Positions 9,205 through 18,831 of a DNA stretch of 64,000 bases are shown here, one piece after another. The DNA is from Candidatus Saccharimonadota bacterium. Lineage in GTDB: Bacteria; Patescibacteriota; Saccharimonadia; Saccharimonadales; SLHW01. A model generated the notes under the pieces. That model was not told the DNA's origin and did not search any database. It was given only the letters and a program-made list of their open reading frames with translations. The stretch is taken from contig JAGXIU010000003.1 of assembly GCA_024635455.1 (NCBI GenBank), positions 133,772 to 197,771 on the forward strand. The letters run 5' to 3'. Made by a program: the position numbers and the translations under genes. How positions within the stretch are numbered: the stretch's first letter is position 1; each line of letters starts with the position of its first letter.

Positions 9205-9633
9205 TGACGCAGTCCAGCTTTAGATAATTTTACGCTAGAAGCTGCGAGTTAAGGTAGAATACTCCCGTTATCCGGTACAATTGCAGAGTATTATCCTCGT
9301 ATCATCTAGGGATTTGTCACCAAGCAGAATCCAAACTTCCTGAGATGGTAGGCCAAAATGGTCTCAAACAAAATCATCTTTAAAATCTCCTGGGGGTGTT
9401 CTGGCAAGCTATTCACTACACTCTCAGACAATTCGTTGGTCGTTTTATGTGGCATAAACACCTTCCCCACTTTTAGTTATTCTACGGTTCATTATATTAC
9501 ATGCAATTTTCGGTTAAGTTACTCGTGCGAAACGTTTCCAGCAAAAGTACTAGACCGGCTCGCAGAAGGGTCCAGTTTTCCATCAAGCTTGCAAATAGAG
9601 CGTATAGTATAGACGTAAATAGGAGGGAGTACG

Positions 9634-10032
9634 ATGAAAGGTTTTTCACAAAACATTGAAAAACAAACAGAGGCAAACAATAAATACAGAAAAGTACTTT
9701 ATACCAGCAAATATTCCCAACTTGTATTAATGAGCTTAAAACCAAATCAAGAAATTGGCCTAGAAACGCACCATAAGAATGACCAATTTTTTAGGATAGA
9801 GTCCGGTAACGGCAAAGCTGTTATAGATGGTAATGAATATGAACTACGTGATGGTTCTGCTGTTGTTGTGCCGGCTGGCGCTGAACACAACATCATTAAC
9901 CAATCAGACACAAAATCGCTGAAGCTCTACACAATATACTCACCCGCCCACCACAAAGATGGTGTCGAGTTCGAGGAAAAAGAAACTGCTGATGCTAGTG
10001 AAGAAGAATTTGACGGAGAAACAACAGAATAG
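9634..10032 (+). CDS. cupin domain protein
   Basis: QLVLMSL..EIGLETH..DQFFRIESG, VVPAGAEHN, LKLYTIYSP. Confidence 0.9.
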   Translation: MKGFSQNIEKQTEANNKYRKVLYTSKYSQLVLMSLKPNQEIGLETHHKNDQFFRIESGNGKAVIDGNEYELRDGSAVVVPAGAEHNIINQSDTKSLKLYTIYSPAHHKDGVEFEEKETADASEEEFDGETTE

Positions 10033-10084
10033 CAGAAACTTCAGGAGTCTCCTGTAAGTATAAACGTAAGTTAAGGGGAAGTTT

Positions 10085-10684
10085 ATGAAACAAGTTATAC
10101 ATACCAAAGAGGATGATAAAGCTAGTACTTCGCAAGTTTCTCGACTCTCCGCAGAGCAGAAGCAATATCTACGATTTGGAGCTATGATTAGCAGTTCAAT
10201 GGTCTTAATGTATATCGTTATGTATGTTAATACCTATCAGATGTCTCATGTTGAGTGGAGTGAAACAAGGTTCTTTATGACGCTTCTTATGGGCGCTACT
10301 ATGGCAGTTGTAATGCTGGCATTTATGATCGGAATGTACAAGAATACCAAGATCAATGTAGGTATAGTCCTTGGCAGTATCGTCTTGTTCGGACTGGCGA
10401 CTTTTCTGGTACGAAGCCAAACAACTGTCGATGACCAATCGTGGATGCGTGGTATGATTCCACATCACTCAATCGCAATACTTACGAGTGAGAACGCCGA
10501 GATTGAAGATGTACGAGTTTGCAATCTTGCAAAAGACATCATTGAAGCGCAAAAGAAAGAAATTGATGAGATGCAGTGGCTCGTAAACGATATAAATCAA
10601 AATGGTCCTGCTACTACGCAAGAAGAAGCCTCCAGCCGTCCTGTTCCTGAATATGTTGGCGACGCTATACGAAGTTGCGATTAG
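10085..10684 (+). CDS. DUF305 (ferritin-like) membrane protein
   Basis: 3 TM helices then WMRGMIPHHSIAI...IIEAQKKEI. Confidence 0.88.
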   Translation: MKQVIHTKEDDKASTSQVSRLSAEQKQYLRFGAMISSSMVLMYIVMYVNTYQMSHVEWSETRFFMTLLMGATMAVVMLAFMIGMYKNTKINVGIVLGSIVLFGLATFLVRSQTTVDDQSWMRGMIPHHSIAILTSENAEIEDVRVCNLAKDIIEAQKKEIDEMQWLVNDINQNGPATTQEEASSRPVPEYVGDAIRSCD

Positions 10685-10707
10685 TATATAAAAACATCGG
10701 CAATCGT
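10619..10707 (+). repeat. 89-bp direct repeat, copy B
   Basis: Matches 7671-7759. Confidence 0.95.
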
Positions 10708-10890
10708 AGGTGTCTTCATATTGTTGGGACGTAGGCGACCGAGAACCGCGCTAGTGAATGCAAGCGAACGCTCACGCAGGTGGGCGTATCGAGCATGAAC
10801 TAAAATCCACTATATTATTCATCGGCTAAGCCACTCGAACAGCCTATTCAGTACTTTATAGATACGCTACAATATTGTATAATAATACTC

Positions 10891-11526
10891 ATGAGCATTG
10901 CTGAACTATATCCTGGATCCAGCGCTGATTTTGATGGCGAATATTACGACTCTCAGACAGAAGCAGCATGGGCCTCATATTTAAGAAGTCACGAAGTTGT
11001 GTTTATGCACGAGCCCGAAACTTATCGGTTGCCTGATGGACAAATATATACGCCAGACTTCTACCTCTCAGAGGCAGATGCGTTTATCGAAGTCAAAAAT
11101 GGAAATGCAGACAACCTAGCTGCATATAAAATTAGCCAACTTACTTATGCAACTGGTAAGCAAGGTTTTATTGTAAACGGTAAGCCTCACTACGCCACAG
11201 TCTATGTCTATACACCAGAGTGGACATTTAAGCCTTCGACAGGTCTTTATCCACCACATGACCAAAGGCTTACTCGCGGCAGTTCCCCGTTAGATAAAAA
11301 GAAAGATATATGGATTCCTGATATAGAATCAGAGCAAGAGCTGCTTCATTTTGCCCTTAACGCCGCTAAGCAAGCAAACGAAGCATCTACAAAAATACCA
11401 ACCACACTGATGGAAGCGGAGCACACGGATAAAAAACGAAAAATGCGTTTACCCGAAAATATTATAGATTTGTCTAGCATTCCAATGCCTGAAAACTCGG
11501 TATTTTACTTCGACGCCCAGTACTAG
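10891..11526 (+). CDS. PD-(D/E)XK nuclease-fold protein
   Basis: S..EA.WA..L, HEPE.Y, YTPDFYL, FIEVK. Confidence 0.75.
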   Translation: MSIAELYPGSSADFDGEYYDSQTEAAWASYLRSHEVVFMHEPETYRLPDGQIYTPDFYLSEADAFIEVKNGNADNLAAYKISQLTYATGKQGFIVNGKPHYATVYVYTPEWTFKPSTGLYPPHDQRLTRGSSPLDKKKDIWIPDIESEQELLHFALNAAKQANEASTKIPTTLMEAEHTDKKRKMRLPENIIDLSSIPMPENSVFYFDAQY

Positions 11527-11642
11527 AAAAAGAAATTTCCTGCCCCCGGTTCTTCTAAGTGGCAAGCATCCCCTTTCTATATTTTTGAACCGAAAGGGGC
11601 ATCATCTTCGGCATCGATTCGCCCAGGCGCTGAGTGATATGA

Positions 11643-12080
11643 TCAGTGGCGGTCAGTCGGGTAGTTTACCGGTATCGGGAAGCTACTTATGAAGTCGGCT
11701 AGTTGATTGGGATTTTTACCAAGATCAACCTCTATCCAGTTATCAAGCAAATTTTGCTCAAGTAGGGTCTGCTTTTCTTCGAAGAATAGATTATCGTCAA
11801 ACCACAAAAATGGGAGTGATATATCTATTGCTCGTGTTTTGGCCGTGTCCCAAGACGTCGGTTTAATCTGCTTCATGTACTCTACGGTCTTTTCGTCAAA
11901 CAAATGCCCGATGTTTTTGATAGGCTTGCTGGCGTCTCCATTGCAATGTGTCGTCAGCCAATAGGTCGTATCAGGATAATTCGTCAGCACATATTCAATG
12001 AACGATGGTGCATGATTAGTGATACTGCCACCCTTCGTGACAAGCACTCCGTCGACGTCTAGATAAATGTTAGTTTTCAT
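11643..12080 (-). CDS. HAD-superfamily protein (start likely 12080)
   Basis: IYLDVDGVL motif I, WLTT, K, WFDD motif IV; TATAAT 6 nt upstream of ATG 12080. Confidence 0.78.
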   Translation of the reverse strand: MKTNIYLDVDGVLVTKGGSITNHAPSFIEYVLTNYPDTTYWLTTHCNGDASKPIKNIGHLFDEKTVEYMKQIKPTSWDTAKTRAIDISLPFLWFDDNLFFEEKQTLLEQNLLDNWIEVDLGKNPNQLADFISSFPIPVNYPTDRH

Positions 12081-12119
12081 GTTTTTATTATAACCTGGAA
12101 GTTTCCAGGCCCGTATGCA

Positions 12120-12156
12120 CAGGCAGAATTTATGGCTATAGATTCCCATTAAAAAA
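12120..12156. repeat. 37-bp identical direct repeat, copy A
   Basis: CAGGCAGAATTTATGGCTATAGATTCCCATTAAAAAA equals 14826-14862. Confidence 0.95.
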
Positions 12157-12181
12157 GACCGCTCTATTTTGGAGCGGTCTT
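12151..12181 (-). terminator. intrinsic terminator
   Basis: AGACCGCTC/GAGCGGTCT stem with U-tract on minus strand. Confidence 0.75.
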
Positions 12182-12200
12182 AGTGTGTAAAAGGTTTTTA

Positions 12201-12423
12201 TTATCGGCTATCGCGTCCAGTGTTTACGAACTGGATACATTGTCCTTGGTTGCGGAAACCAAATGCTTCCCATCCATCTTTTTTACATACGTTTTTGTTA
12301 TCTGGATCGTTGTTTACGGTAACCGTAATAGTATCTACTGAATCACCTGGCGTGTTTGTGACGCCATCTTTGTTGCCAGCCTGATCTCCCGTAGAGAAGA
12401 ATATTGTATATTCAGCATTCTTT
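12201..12423 (-). pseudogene. 3' remnant of a secreted protein gene
   Basis: Startless frame KNAEYTIFFSTGDQAGN...TVTVNN...CKKDGWEAFGFRNQGQCIQFVNTGRDSR*, followed by terminator. Confidence 0.7.
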
Positions 12424-12496
12424 CAGCTGTGCTCGCTAGTATGAAGATGCTGCAAAAAGTAGCAGCAAGTTATACAAGCAATAATCAGGAGTTTAT

Positions 12497-12943
12497 ATGT
12501 CAACAAAATATATATTAGCAGGCTTTATTGCGGTAGCTGGCCTCGTCGGTTTTACTGCCATTCAGGGGGTTTCGGCTGATCCGTCCCATGAACGAGTTGG
12601 TCAATATAGCGCACAGCGCGAAAGCGCGAGGACTGAACGACAGGCGGAGTTGCCAGACCGCCTCAACGACGCGGTTGATGAGGGAACGTTGACTGAAGAG
12701 CAAAAGAATCTTTTGCTAGAGAAGCACGAATCCATGCAAGCAGATCGCGTGCAGTGGCATGAGGAAAAAGCTACTATAAGCCCGGACGAAAGACGAGCCG
12801 CGGCTGAGCAGCACAGAGAAGAAATGCGCACATGGGCTGAGCAAAACGATATCCCGAGTGAGTTCACCGCCCAAGGTCAAAGAGACCGCGCAGAACATGG
12901 TTTTGGTAATGGCGGTGGCATGAGGCGGCACCAAGAAAGATAA
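12497..12943 (+). CDS. secreted helical protein (Spy/CpxP-like accessory of the two-component system, inferred)
   Basis: Signal peptide; AVDEGTLTEEQ motif; Gly/Arg-rich tail; upstream of RR-HK. Confidence 0.65.
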   Translation: MSTKYILAGFIAVAGLVGFTAIQGVSADPSHERVGQYSAQRESARTERQAELPDRLNDAVDEGTLTEEQKNLLLEKHESMQADRVQWHEEKATISPDERRAAAEQHREEMRTWAEQNDIPSEFTAQGQRDRAEHGFGNGGGMRRHQER

Positions 12944-13046
12944 GAAAAGGCGAATCTCTTTGTGAGGGATTGCGTTTTTGGGCCTAGCTTATGCAATTAA
13001 GTTAGGCCCACTTATTATGTATCCAAAGTATACTAATAACTGACGT

Positions 13047-13736
13047 ATGAAAATATTGATTGTAGAAGACGACAAAAAAATTGCCCGGGCAATTCAGCGA
13101 GGCTTACGACAACACTCCTACGTGTCGGACGTTGCTTTCGACGGTGATACTGGCCTTGATATGGCTAAAACTGGCTCATACGATCTATATATTCTCGATA
13201 TTATGCTTCCTGGGTCACACTCCGGCATAGATATCGTAAAAACACTGCGCAGTGAAAATGTCGCGACACCAATTCTTCTACTGACCGCAAAAGACACTGT
13301 TGTTGATAGAGCCTATGGCCTGAATGCTGGCGCAGACGATTACTTGGTTAAGCCGTTTGCTTTTTTGGAACTTATTGCTCGCGTGCGGGCACTTTTGCGC
13401 CGCCAGAAAGATAGTAAACTCAACCAGCACAGGGTTGGTGCGCTATCAATCGACTTTGACAAGCAAGTTGCTCTATACAATTCGGATGAAATTCAATTAA
13501 GCAGAAAAGAGTTCGCTCTGTTGGAATATTTTATGCGGAATGTTGATCGGGTTATATCCAAGTCTCAGTTGATTGATCAGGTGTGGGATAGCGATAATAC
13601 GATATTAGAAAACACAGTCGAGGCACATGTCGCAGCTCTACGCCGAAAAATTGAAATTCCTTTTCAGGTGAGCTATATACAAACTAAAAAAGGCTTCGGC
13701 TATATGTTTAAGGGTCAATCAAATGAAACTACATAA
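13047..13736 (+). CDS. OmpR/PhoB-family response regulator
   Basis: ILIVEDD, LDIMLPG, LLTA, GADDYLVKPF, winged-helix C-terminus. Confidence 0.95.
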   Translation: MKILIVEDDKKIARAIQRGLRQHSYVSDVAFDGDTGLDMAKTGSYDLYILDIMLPGSHSGIDIVKTLRSENVATPILLLTAKDTVVDRAYGLNAGADDYLVKPFAFLELIARVRALLRRQKDSKLNQHRVGALSIDFDKQVALYNSDEIQLSRKEFALLEYFMRNVDRVISKSQLIDQVWDSDNTILENTVEAHVAALRRKIEIPFQVSYIQTKKGFGYMFKGQSNETT

Positions 13737-14715
13737 GACGTCACTTGTCCTGGCTGCTAAGTATCTCGTTATCATTATGCTCATTAGCGGGTTTTTCAGC
13801 ATCAATATGTATACAGCTTCGGTTCAGGAAATCGGACGAGGCTACGGGAGGATTGGCACAGGCCTTAATCGGTCAATGAACCCGGAGCAATTTATGGAAT
13901 TTCGTGAAGATCAACTAGAGCTTTCTAGGCAAGCCTTGATGAATAGGCTAATTCTCATAAATGTTCTAATCTTAGTCGTTGGTGGGGTCGTGAGCTACTA
14001 CTTAGCCCGGAAAACACTTGAGCCAATTGAGGCTGCACATGAAGCACAGAATAGATTTACATCAGATGCAAGCCATGAGCTACGCACACCAATTACAGCT
14101 ATTCGTAGCGAAACAGAAGCATTCCTTATGACTCCGCGGCCGAAGATTTCTGAAGCCAAAGCTATCATGCACAGCAACATCGAAGAGCTAGATAAATTAA
14201 CAGCACTGACTGATGGCTTGTTGAGGCTTGCCAGGTCATCAAAAGAAAACTTAAATCCTTCAAAAATTGCGCTCGGCGAGCTGATCCACGTAAGCACCGA
14301 TTACGCACAGCGAGAAGCAGGCGTCAAAAAGATAACAGTGCACACTGACGTTAAGGACAGTATGCAGCCAGTCGTTGTTGACGTTGACCTGATGAGCGAC
14401 GCAATCAAAATACTATTCGAGAATGCAGTGAAATATAGCAAAGACTCAACGAATATTCACCTCACAGCTGACGTTCACAATAGCAACTTGAATATTACGA
14501 TAGTTGATGAGGGCTTTGGCATCAAGCAATCGCAACTGCCTTATATATTTGATAGGTTTTATCAGGGTGACGTGTCAAGAAGCAAGTCGGCAAGCTCAGG
14601 GTTTGGTATCGGTCTCTCTATAGTTAAGTCAATAGTCGACTTACATAAAGGTAAGATTGACGTTAAAAGCAAAGTTAACCAAGGAACAACCTTTAGCGTC
14701 ACGATACCTCAGTAG
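13723..14715 (+). CDS. sensor histidine kinase
   Basis: 2 TM; DASHELRTP H box, NAVKY, DEGFGI, FDRFY, GFGIGL. Confidence 0.95.
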   Translation: MKLHKTSLVLAAKYLVIIMLISGFFSINMYTASVQEIGRGYGRIGTGLNRSMNPEQFMEFREDQLELSRQALMNRLILINVLILVVGGVVSYYLARKTLEPIEAAHEAQNRFTSDASHELRTPITAIRSETEAFLMTPRPKISEAKAIMHSNIEELDKLTALTDGLLRLARSSKENLNPSKIALGELIHVSTDYAQREAGVKKITVHTDVKDSMQPVVVDVDLMSDAIKILFENAVKYSKDSTNIHLTADVHNSNLNITIVDEGFGIKQSQLPYIFDRFYQGDVSRSKSASSGFGIGLSIVKSIVDLHKGKIDVKSKVNQGTTFSVTIPQ

Positions 14716-14825
14716 TTTATTTTTACGCGGCATACAATTGTGGTTTTATATGGCGCACACTTCACTACGCCAATTAGCTGCAGCTAAGATTTATTATATT
14801 GGCAATGGATAAATGTAAATTAACC

Positions 14826-14862
14826 CAGGCAGAATTTATGGCTATAGATTCCCATTAAAAAA
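14826..14862. repeat. 37-bp identical direct repeat, copy B
   Basis: Identical to 12120-12156. Confidence 0.95.
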
Positions 14863-14886
14863 AAGCCCTCGACCTGGGCTTTTTTT
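14857..14886. terminator. bidirectional intrinsic terminator
   Basis: AAAAAAAAGCCC-TCGACCT-GGGCTTTTTTT. Confidence 0.75.
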
Positions 14887-14910
14887 AGTTAATCTACTGT
14901 TTATGTGTTT

Positions 14911-15582
14911 CTACCAGTTACCTAATCCTGCTCGTAGCGGACTAACATACTGGACGCCGTGCTGGTCTGCTCCTGCGTCATTTGAAACTTCTTGAATGAT
15001 GGCAAAATCGCCCCATATCACTGGTCCAATTTTAGTTCCATCAGCATCGTACCAAATGCCGCCCTTAAGACTTGCATCTGTTGGCGCAGCAACAATTTTA
15101 TTGAAATAGTTCCACTTAACTGTTTCACCGTTATCGTTTACATACTCTCCAGACTGATGGTTTGTTAACCATGCACCCGAACCTCTATAGCTGGCATGGT
15201 CATAGTGTCTATCGAGAAACCCGTCTTCATCTGCATCAGTATTAGCTATCCATGCGTCGTTCCACTTCATGGTTAGCTTTACGTCCTTGTAGGGTTGGCA
15301 CGACGGTGCATCACGATATGAGTCGCAGTAGTATCCATTAAACATGTGGGCTTGATAATTGTAGCCCCAGTCATCAAAACCAACTTCTATGACATCTCCT
15401 TCAGAATCTTCTAACACACCGCTTTGAATAGTCGTCGGCTTGTCAGGTTTCGCTTCAGGTTTCGCTGCACTTGCAAACGAAAACATCCCTACCATCAGCG
15501 CCAATGCTAACCCTACTGCTAATGTGATTATCAGCAATTTATTTTGCTCCTTCACCGTCCCATATCCTTGAATATATTTCAT
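14911..15582 (-). CDS. secreted/membrane-anchored hypothetical protein (start likely 15582)
   Basis: GAAAGGA SD before MKYIQ; N-terminal hydrophobic helix; Trp/Tyr/Gly-rich domain. Confidence 0.75.
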   Translation of the reverse strand: MKYIQGYGTVKEQNKLLIITLAVGLALALMVGMFSFASAAKPEAKPDKPTTIQSGVLEDSEGDVIEVGFDDWGYNYQAHMFNGYYCDSYRDAPSCQPYKDVKLTMKWNDAWIANTDADEDGFLDRHYDHASYRGSGAWLTNHQSGEYVNDNGETVKWNYFNKIVAAPTDASLKGGIWYDADGTKIGPVIWGDFAIIQEVSNDAGADQHGVQYVSPLRAGLGNW

Positions 15583-15801
15583 ATTCAATCCTTTCTTATT
15601 ATTTAACAAAAAAACAGCCTAATTTGGCTGCGGTTAAATACTACTCTCCATATAAATCTCCCTTAAAGTATTCATTAAACTCCTATTTTTTCCGTATTTG
15701 TAATTTTTGTGACCTCTGTGCCCGACATCACACTTTAAGAAGTTATTGTCGAACCATTTTCACGTCCAAATATATGAAAAATAGACGAAATCAACAGATG
15801 G

Positions 15802-15831
15802 CTGAACACGCAACTCGAGTTGCGTGTTCAG
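15802..15831. repeat. 30-bp perfect palindrome (family P, copy 1)
   Basis: CTGAACACGCAACTC|GAGTTGCGTGTTCAG. Confidence 0.95.
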
Positions 15832-15919
15832 TTTTTCAGAGCCTTTTTTCCGTCTCCTGGTCTTTTGTTGCGAATTTGATGTATTTTATCGCGCAAAAAA
15901 TTCTGTTAATCTGAGCTGA

Positions 15920-16642
15920 ATGAGCAACGTTGTTTTTGTCAAGAATTTCAGCCTCGATATCAGCGGAAAGTCAATCGTCAAGGATTTGAGCTTTGATGTC
16001 GCAGAGGGCGAAGTCTTTGCCTTTCTTGGCGCCAATGGATCTGGCAAAACATCAACCATACGTTCCCTGCTGAATATATACACCCCAACTAAAGGTACAT
16101 TGCACATAAATGGCAAGCCCTACACTCCTGACATGGCCAATACTGTCGGCTACTTGCCAGAAGAGCGCGGATTATATACGCGTAGCAAAGCCTTGGATAC
16201 CATGATCTATTTTGGCGAGCTAAAGGGCATGGATCGGGCGGATGCGAAGAGTTACTCACTTGAATACTTAGACAAAGTTGGCATTGCTGACAAGGCGGAT
16301 CAAAAAATATCCAGTCTTTCAGGTGGCGAGCAACAAAAAGTTCAACTCGGCGTAGCCGTGATGAATCAGCCGACACTACTCGTGTTAGACGAGCCAACCA
16401 AAGGCTTTGACCCGGTCAATAGACGCCTGCTCATGCAGGTCGTAGAGGAATCTCGAAAGCAAGGCACTGCCATTATCTACATTACACACTTGATGGAGGA
16501 GGTTGAGCGCTTGGCCGATAAAGCTTTAATTATAAAAAATGGTCAAAGACAAGCCTACGGCAGCGTTCCAAAACTCAAGAAGCAATACAACAAGAAAACC
16601 ATTGAAGATATATTTATTGAAATCTATGGCGGTCAATCATGA
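15920..16642 (+). CDS. ABC transporter ATP-binding protein (NatA/YhaQ-like)
   Basis: GANGSGKTS, GYLPEERGLY, LSGGEQQ, LDEP. Confidence 0.93.
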   Translation: MSNVVFVKNFSLDISGKSIVKDLSFDVAEGEVFAFLGANGSGKTSTIRSLLNIYTPTKGTLHINGKPYTPDMANTVGYLPEERGLYTRSKALDTMIYFGELKGMDRADAKSYSLEYLDKVGIADKADQKISSLSGGEQQKVQLGVAVMNQPTLLVLDEPTKGFDPVNRRLLMQVVEESRKQGTAIIYITHLMEEVERLADKALIIKNGQRQAYGSVPKLKKQYNKKTIEDIFIEIYGGQS

Positions 16643-17889
16643 GCAGGCATAAAAAACTCTTTGCTGTCATTAGGCATGAATACATGACGGTTGTGCAGCA
16701 ACGGTCTTTCTGGCTGAGTATGCTGATCATACCGGCCTTCTTTCTTTTCAGCTTCGGTGTGGGTTATATATCGAGCCTGGAAGACGACATTGATACGACA
16801 GAGGTCACAGAAGGCCTGGACATATCGGTCATTGACAACAGTACTCTTATATCGGCAAACGTTGCCCAAGACGTTGGTGTCGATATCGCAGATGGTCGCA
16901 GTGAGACTGACGCCCAAGACGCTGTTCGGCGCGGAGAGCTCGATGGTTTGATTGTCTACCCACAGGATTATCTTGAGTCAGCGTCCTACCAGGTATACGT
17001 CAACCTTGACGATGAGGATTTGGAAGAAGATATCGAGGACACAACGTCTAGTATTGGCAGTTATCTAATGGTGCAGAGTTTGTTAGAACCTGTCGGATCA
17101 TCAGACGTCATAAACACCGCTCTTTCTGTTAATAGCTCTCAGGCTGAAGTGACCAGTTTTGAAGATGGCGAACAGTCGGCTGGCATCGCTGCCGTGATTG
17201 TTCCGGGGGCTTTTATCCTAATGTTCTATGTTGTATTCTTCCTATCGGTCAGCTATGCCATGACATCAGTATCAGAGGAGAAAGAAAACCGGGCTATAGA
17301 AATGGTACTGAGTTACATCAAGCCGCGCACTTTGATTACGGGTAAGCTGCTCGGTGTTACCTTGGTCGCTCTGACGCAGCTGGTATTCTATGCTCTATTT
17401 GGTCTGGTGGCGTATCTAGTGATGAATAATATCGGTAATGGCGTGAGCTTGCCTATCAACCTGAGTGAGCTGGTATTTGAGTTCCAGCCAATACTATTCG
17501 GTCTGCTGTACTTTGTGCTCGGCTTTGTTCTCTACATCACCTTGATGCTGGCCACTGGCGCGGCCTTCCCGTCAGCGAAAGAGGCCGGTGGCTTCACTAC
17601 GATATTCTATCTGCTGGTATTTATGCCCTACATCGCTTTCGAGCCGATTATCAGTATGCCAGACGCTTTTCTGACGCAGGTCGCCACTTATTTCCCGTTG
17701 ACAGCGGCGCCAACGTTGCTACTCAGAAATGCTGCTGGCAATATAAGTCTTATCGAATCGCTTATTGGTGTGGGTATCCTGGTTGTTTCAATAGTTGTCG
17801 CCGTCTGGCTAGCTGGTAAGCTATTCCGGCTGGGCAATCTCAAGTTCAACTCCCGCGTAAAGCTCACAGAGATCTTTCGCAGCAAGTAG
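16639..17889 (+). CDS. ABC-2 permease (NatB/YhaP-like)
   Basis: HEY...F start, large extracytoplasmic loop, EEKENRAIE, GKLLG. Confidence 0.9.
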   Translation: MSRHKKLFAVIRHEYMTVVQQRSFWLSMLIIPAFFLFSFGVGYISSLEDDIDTTEVTEGLDISVIDNSTLISANVAQDVGVDIADGRSETDAQDAVRRGELDGLIVYPQDYLESASYQVYVNLDDEDLEEDIEDTTSSIGSYLMVQSLLEPVGSSDVINTALSVNSSQAEVTSFEDGEQSAGIAAVIVPGAFILMFYVVFFLSVSYAMTSVSEEKENRAIEMVLSYIKPRTLITGKLLGVTLVALTQLVFYALFGLVAYLVMNNIGNGVSLPINLSELVFEFQPILFGLLYFVLGFVLYITLMLATGAAFPSAKEAGGFTTIFYLLVFMPYIAFEPIISMPDAFLTQVATYFPLTAAPTLLLRNAAGNISLIESLIGVGILVVSIVVAVWLAGKLFRLGNLKFNSRVKLTEIFRSK

Positions 17890-17897
17890 CCAGACAT

Positions 17898-17933
17898 TAA
17901 ACATGCACAGAGATGTGCGTGTTCAGTTTTTCA
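17898..17933. repeat. degenerate palindrome (family P, copy 2)
   Basis: TAAACATGCACA-GAGA-TGTGCGTGTTCAGTTTTTCA; last 18 bp equal 15821-15838. Confidence 0.8.
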
Positions 17934-18252
17934 ATGTATAGACAACTGCGTGACCGGTTTTTCCGACTTGTTTTATTTTTCCCTCACGCTCTAGTTCATT
18001 CATGTAATTAACGACGGATCGGGCTGATACGCCTAGGTGTTGGCGTAGTTCTTCGTTGCCCATGTCACCGTGCTCGGCCAACAGTGCAAGTACCCTGCCC
18101 TTGCGCATATCTTTCTGGCTGCGACGCTCTAGCGCTACGGCACAGACGCCAACAACGTCTTGGGCAGTCTTCTTGGTCTTTTCTCTAGTTGGGGTGTGTA
18201 CGACGTACAGCACGATAATTGCTACTGCGATAGATATGAGTATGTATTCCAT
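17923..18252 (-). CDS. membrane-anchored winged-helix protein (start likely 18252)
   Basis: N-terminal TM helix; NEELRQHLGVSARSVVNYMNELEREGKIKQVGKTG DeoR-like wHTH. Confidence 0.8.
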   Translation of the reverse strand: MEYILISIAVAIIVLYVVHTPTREKTKKTAQDVVGVCAVALERRSQKDMRKGRVLALLAEHGDMGNEELRQHLGVSARSVVNYMNELEREGKIKQVGKTGHAVVYTLKN

Positions 18253-18328
18253 ACAGTCATGGTAGCAATCACCCACGCATCGCCAAAACACAGTGATATA
18301 CTAAAAGAGTAGAACAAGGAGGTCAGCT

Positions 18329-18826
18329 ATGAATGTGCTCATCGCAATAGCTAGCAAGCATGGAGCAACTGCTGAGATTGGGGAAATTATCCAAAGAGTA
18401 ATCGCGGCAGATGGCTACCAACCGCACCTCCGCGAAGCTAGTGAGGTTACAGACTTATCACCGTACGATGCTGTTGTGCTCGGAAGCGCTGTGTATGCTG
18501 GAAATTGGCGCGCTTCTGCACGAAAGTTTGTAAACAGACATGGACAAGAACTACGAGCTATGCCCTTTTGGATTTTTTCTAGTGGGCCACTTGGTCCAGA
18601 CCAGCAGACAGAGGATGACATGGGGCCGTTAATCAATAAACGAGTTGCCGAGCTGACGCCTATCGAGCATAAGGTATTTAGCGGCAAGCTTGACCCGGCT
18701 GATTTGAAGCTGTCAGAAAAAATAATTGTCCGAATGGTGAAGGCGCCATCCGGCGACTATCGTGATAAAAATAGCATCGTAGAATGGGCACAATCAATCG
18801 GTAAGTATCTAGTGGATCTAGAGTAG
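18329..18826 (+). CDS. flavodoxin-domain protein (HemG-like)
   Basis: ASKHGATAEI, YDAVVLGSAVYAGNW, FSSGPLG, GDYRD. Confidence 0.9.
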   Translation: MNVLIAIASKHGATAEIGEIIQRVIAADGYQPHLREASEVTDLSPYDAVVLGSAVYAGNWRASARKFVNRHGQELRAMPFWIFSSGPLGPDQQTEDDMGPLINKRVAELTPIEHKVFSGKLDPADLKLSEKIIVRMVKAPSGDYRDKNSIVEWAQSIGKYLVDLE

Positions 18827-18831
18827 TCGGC

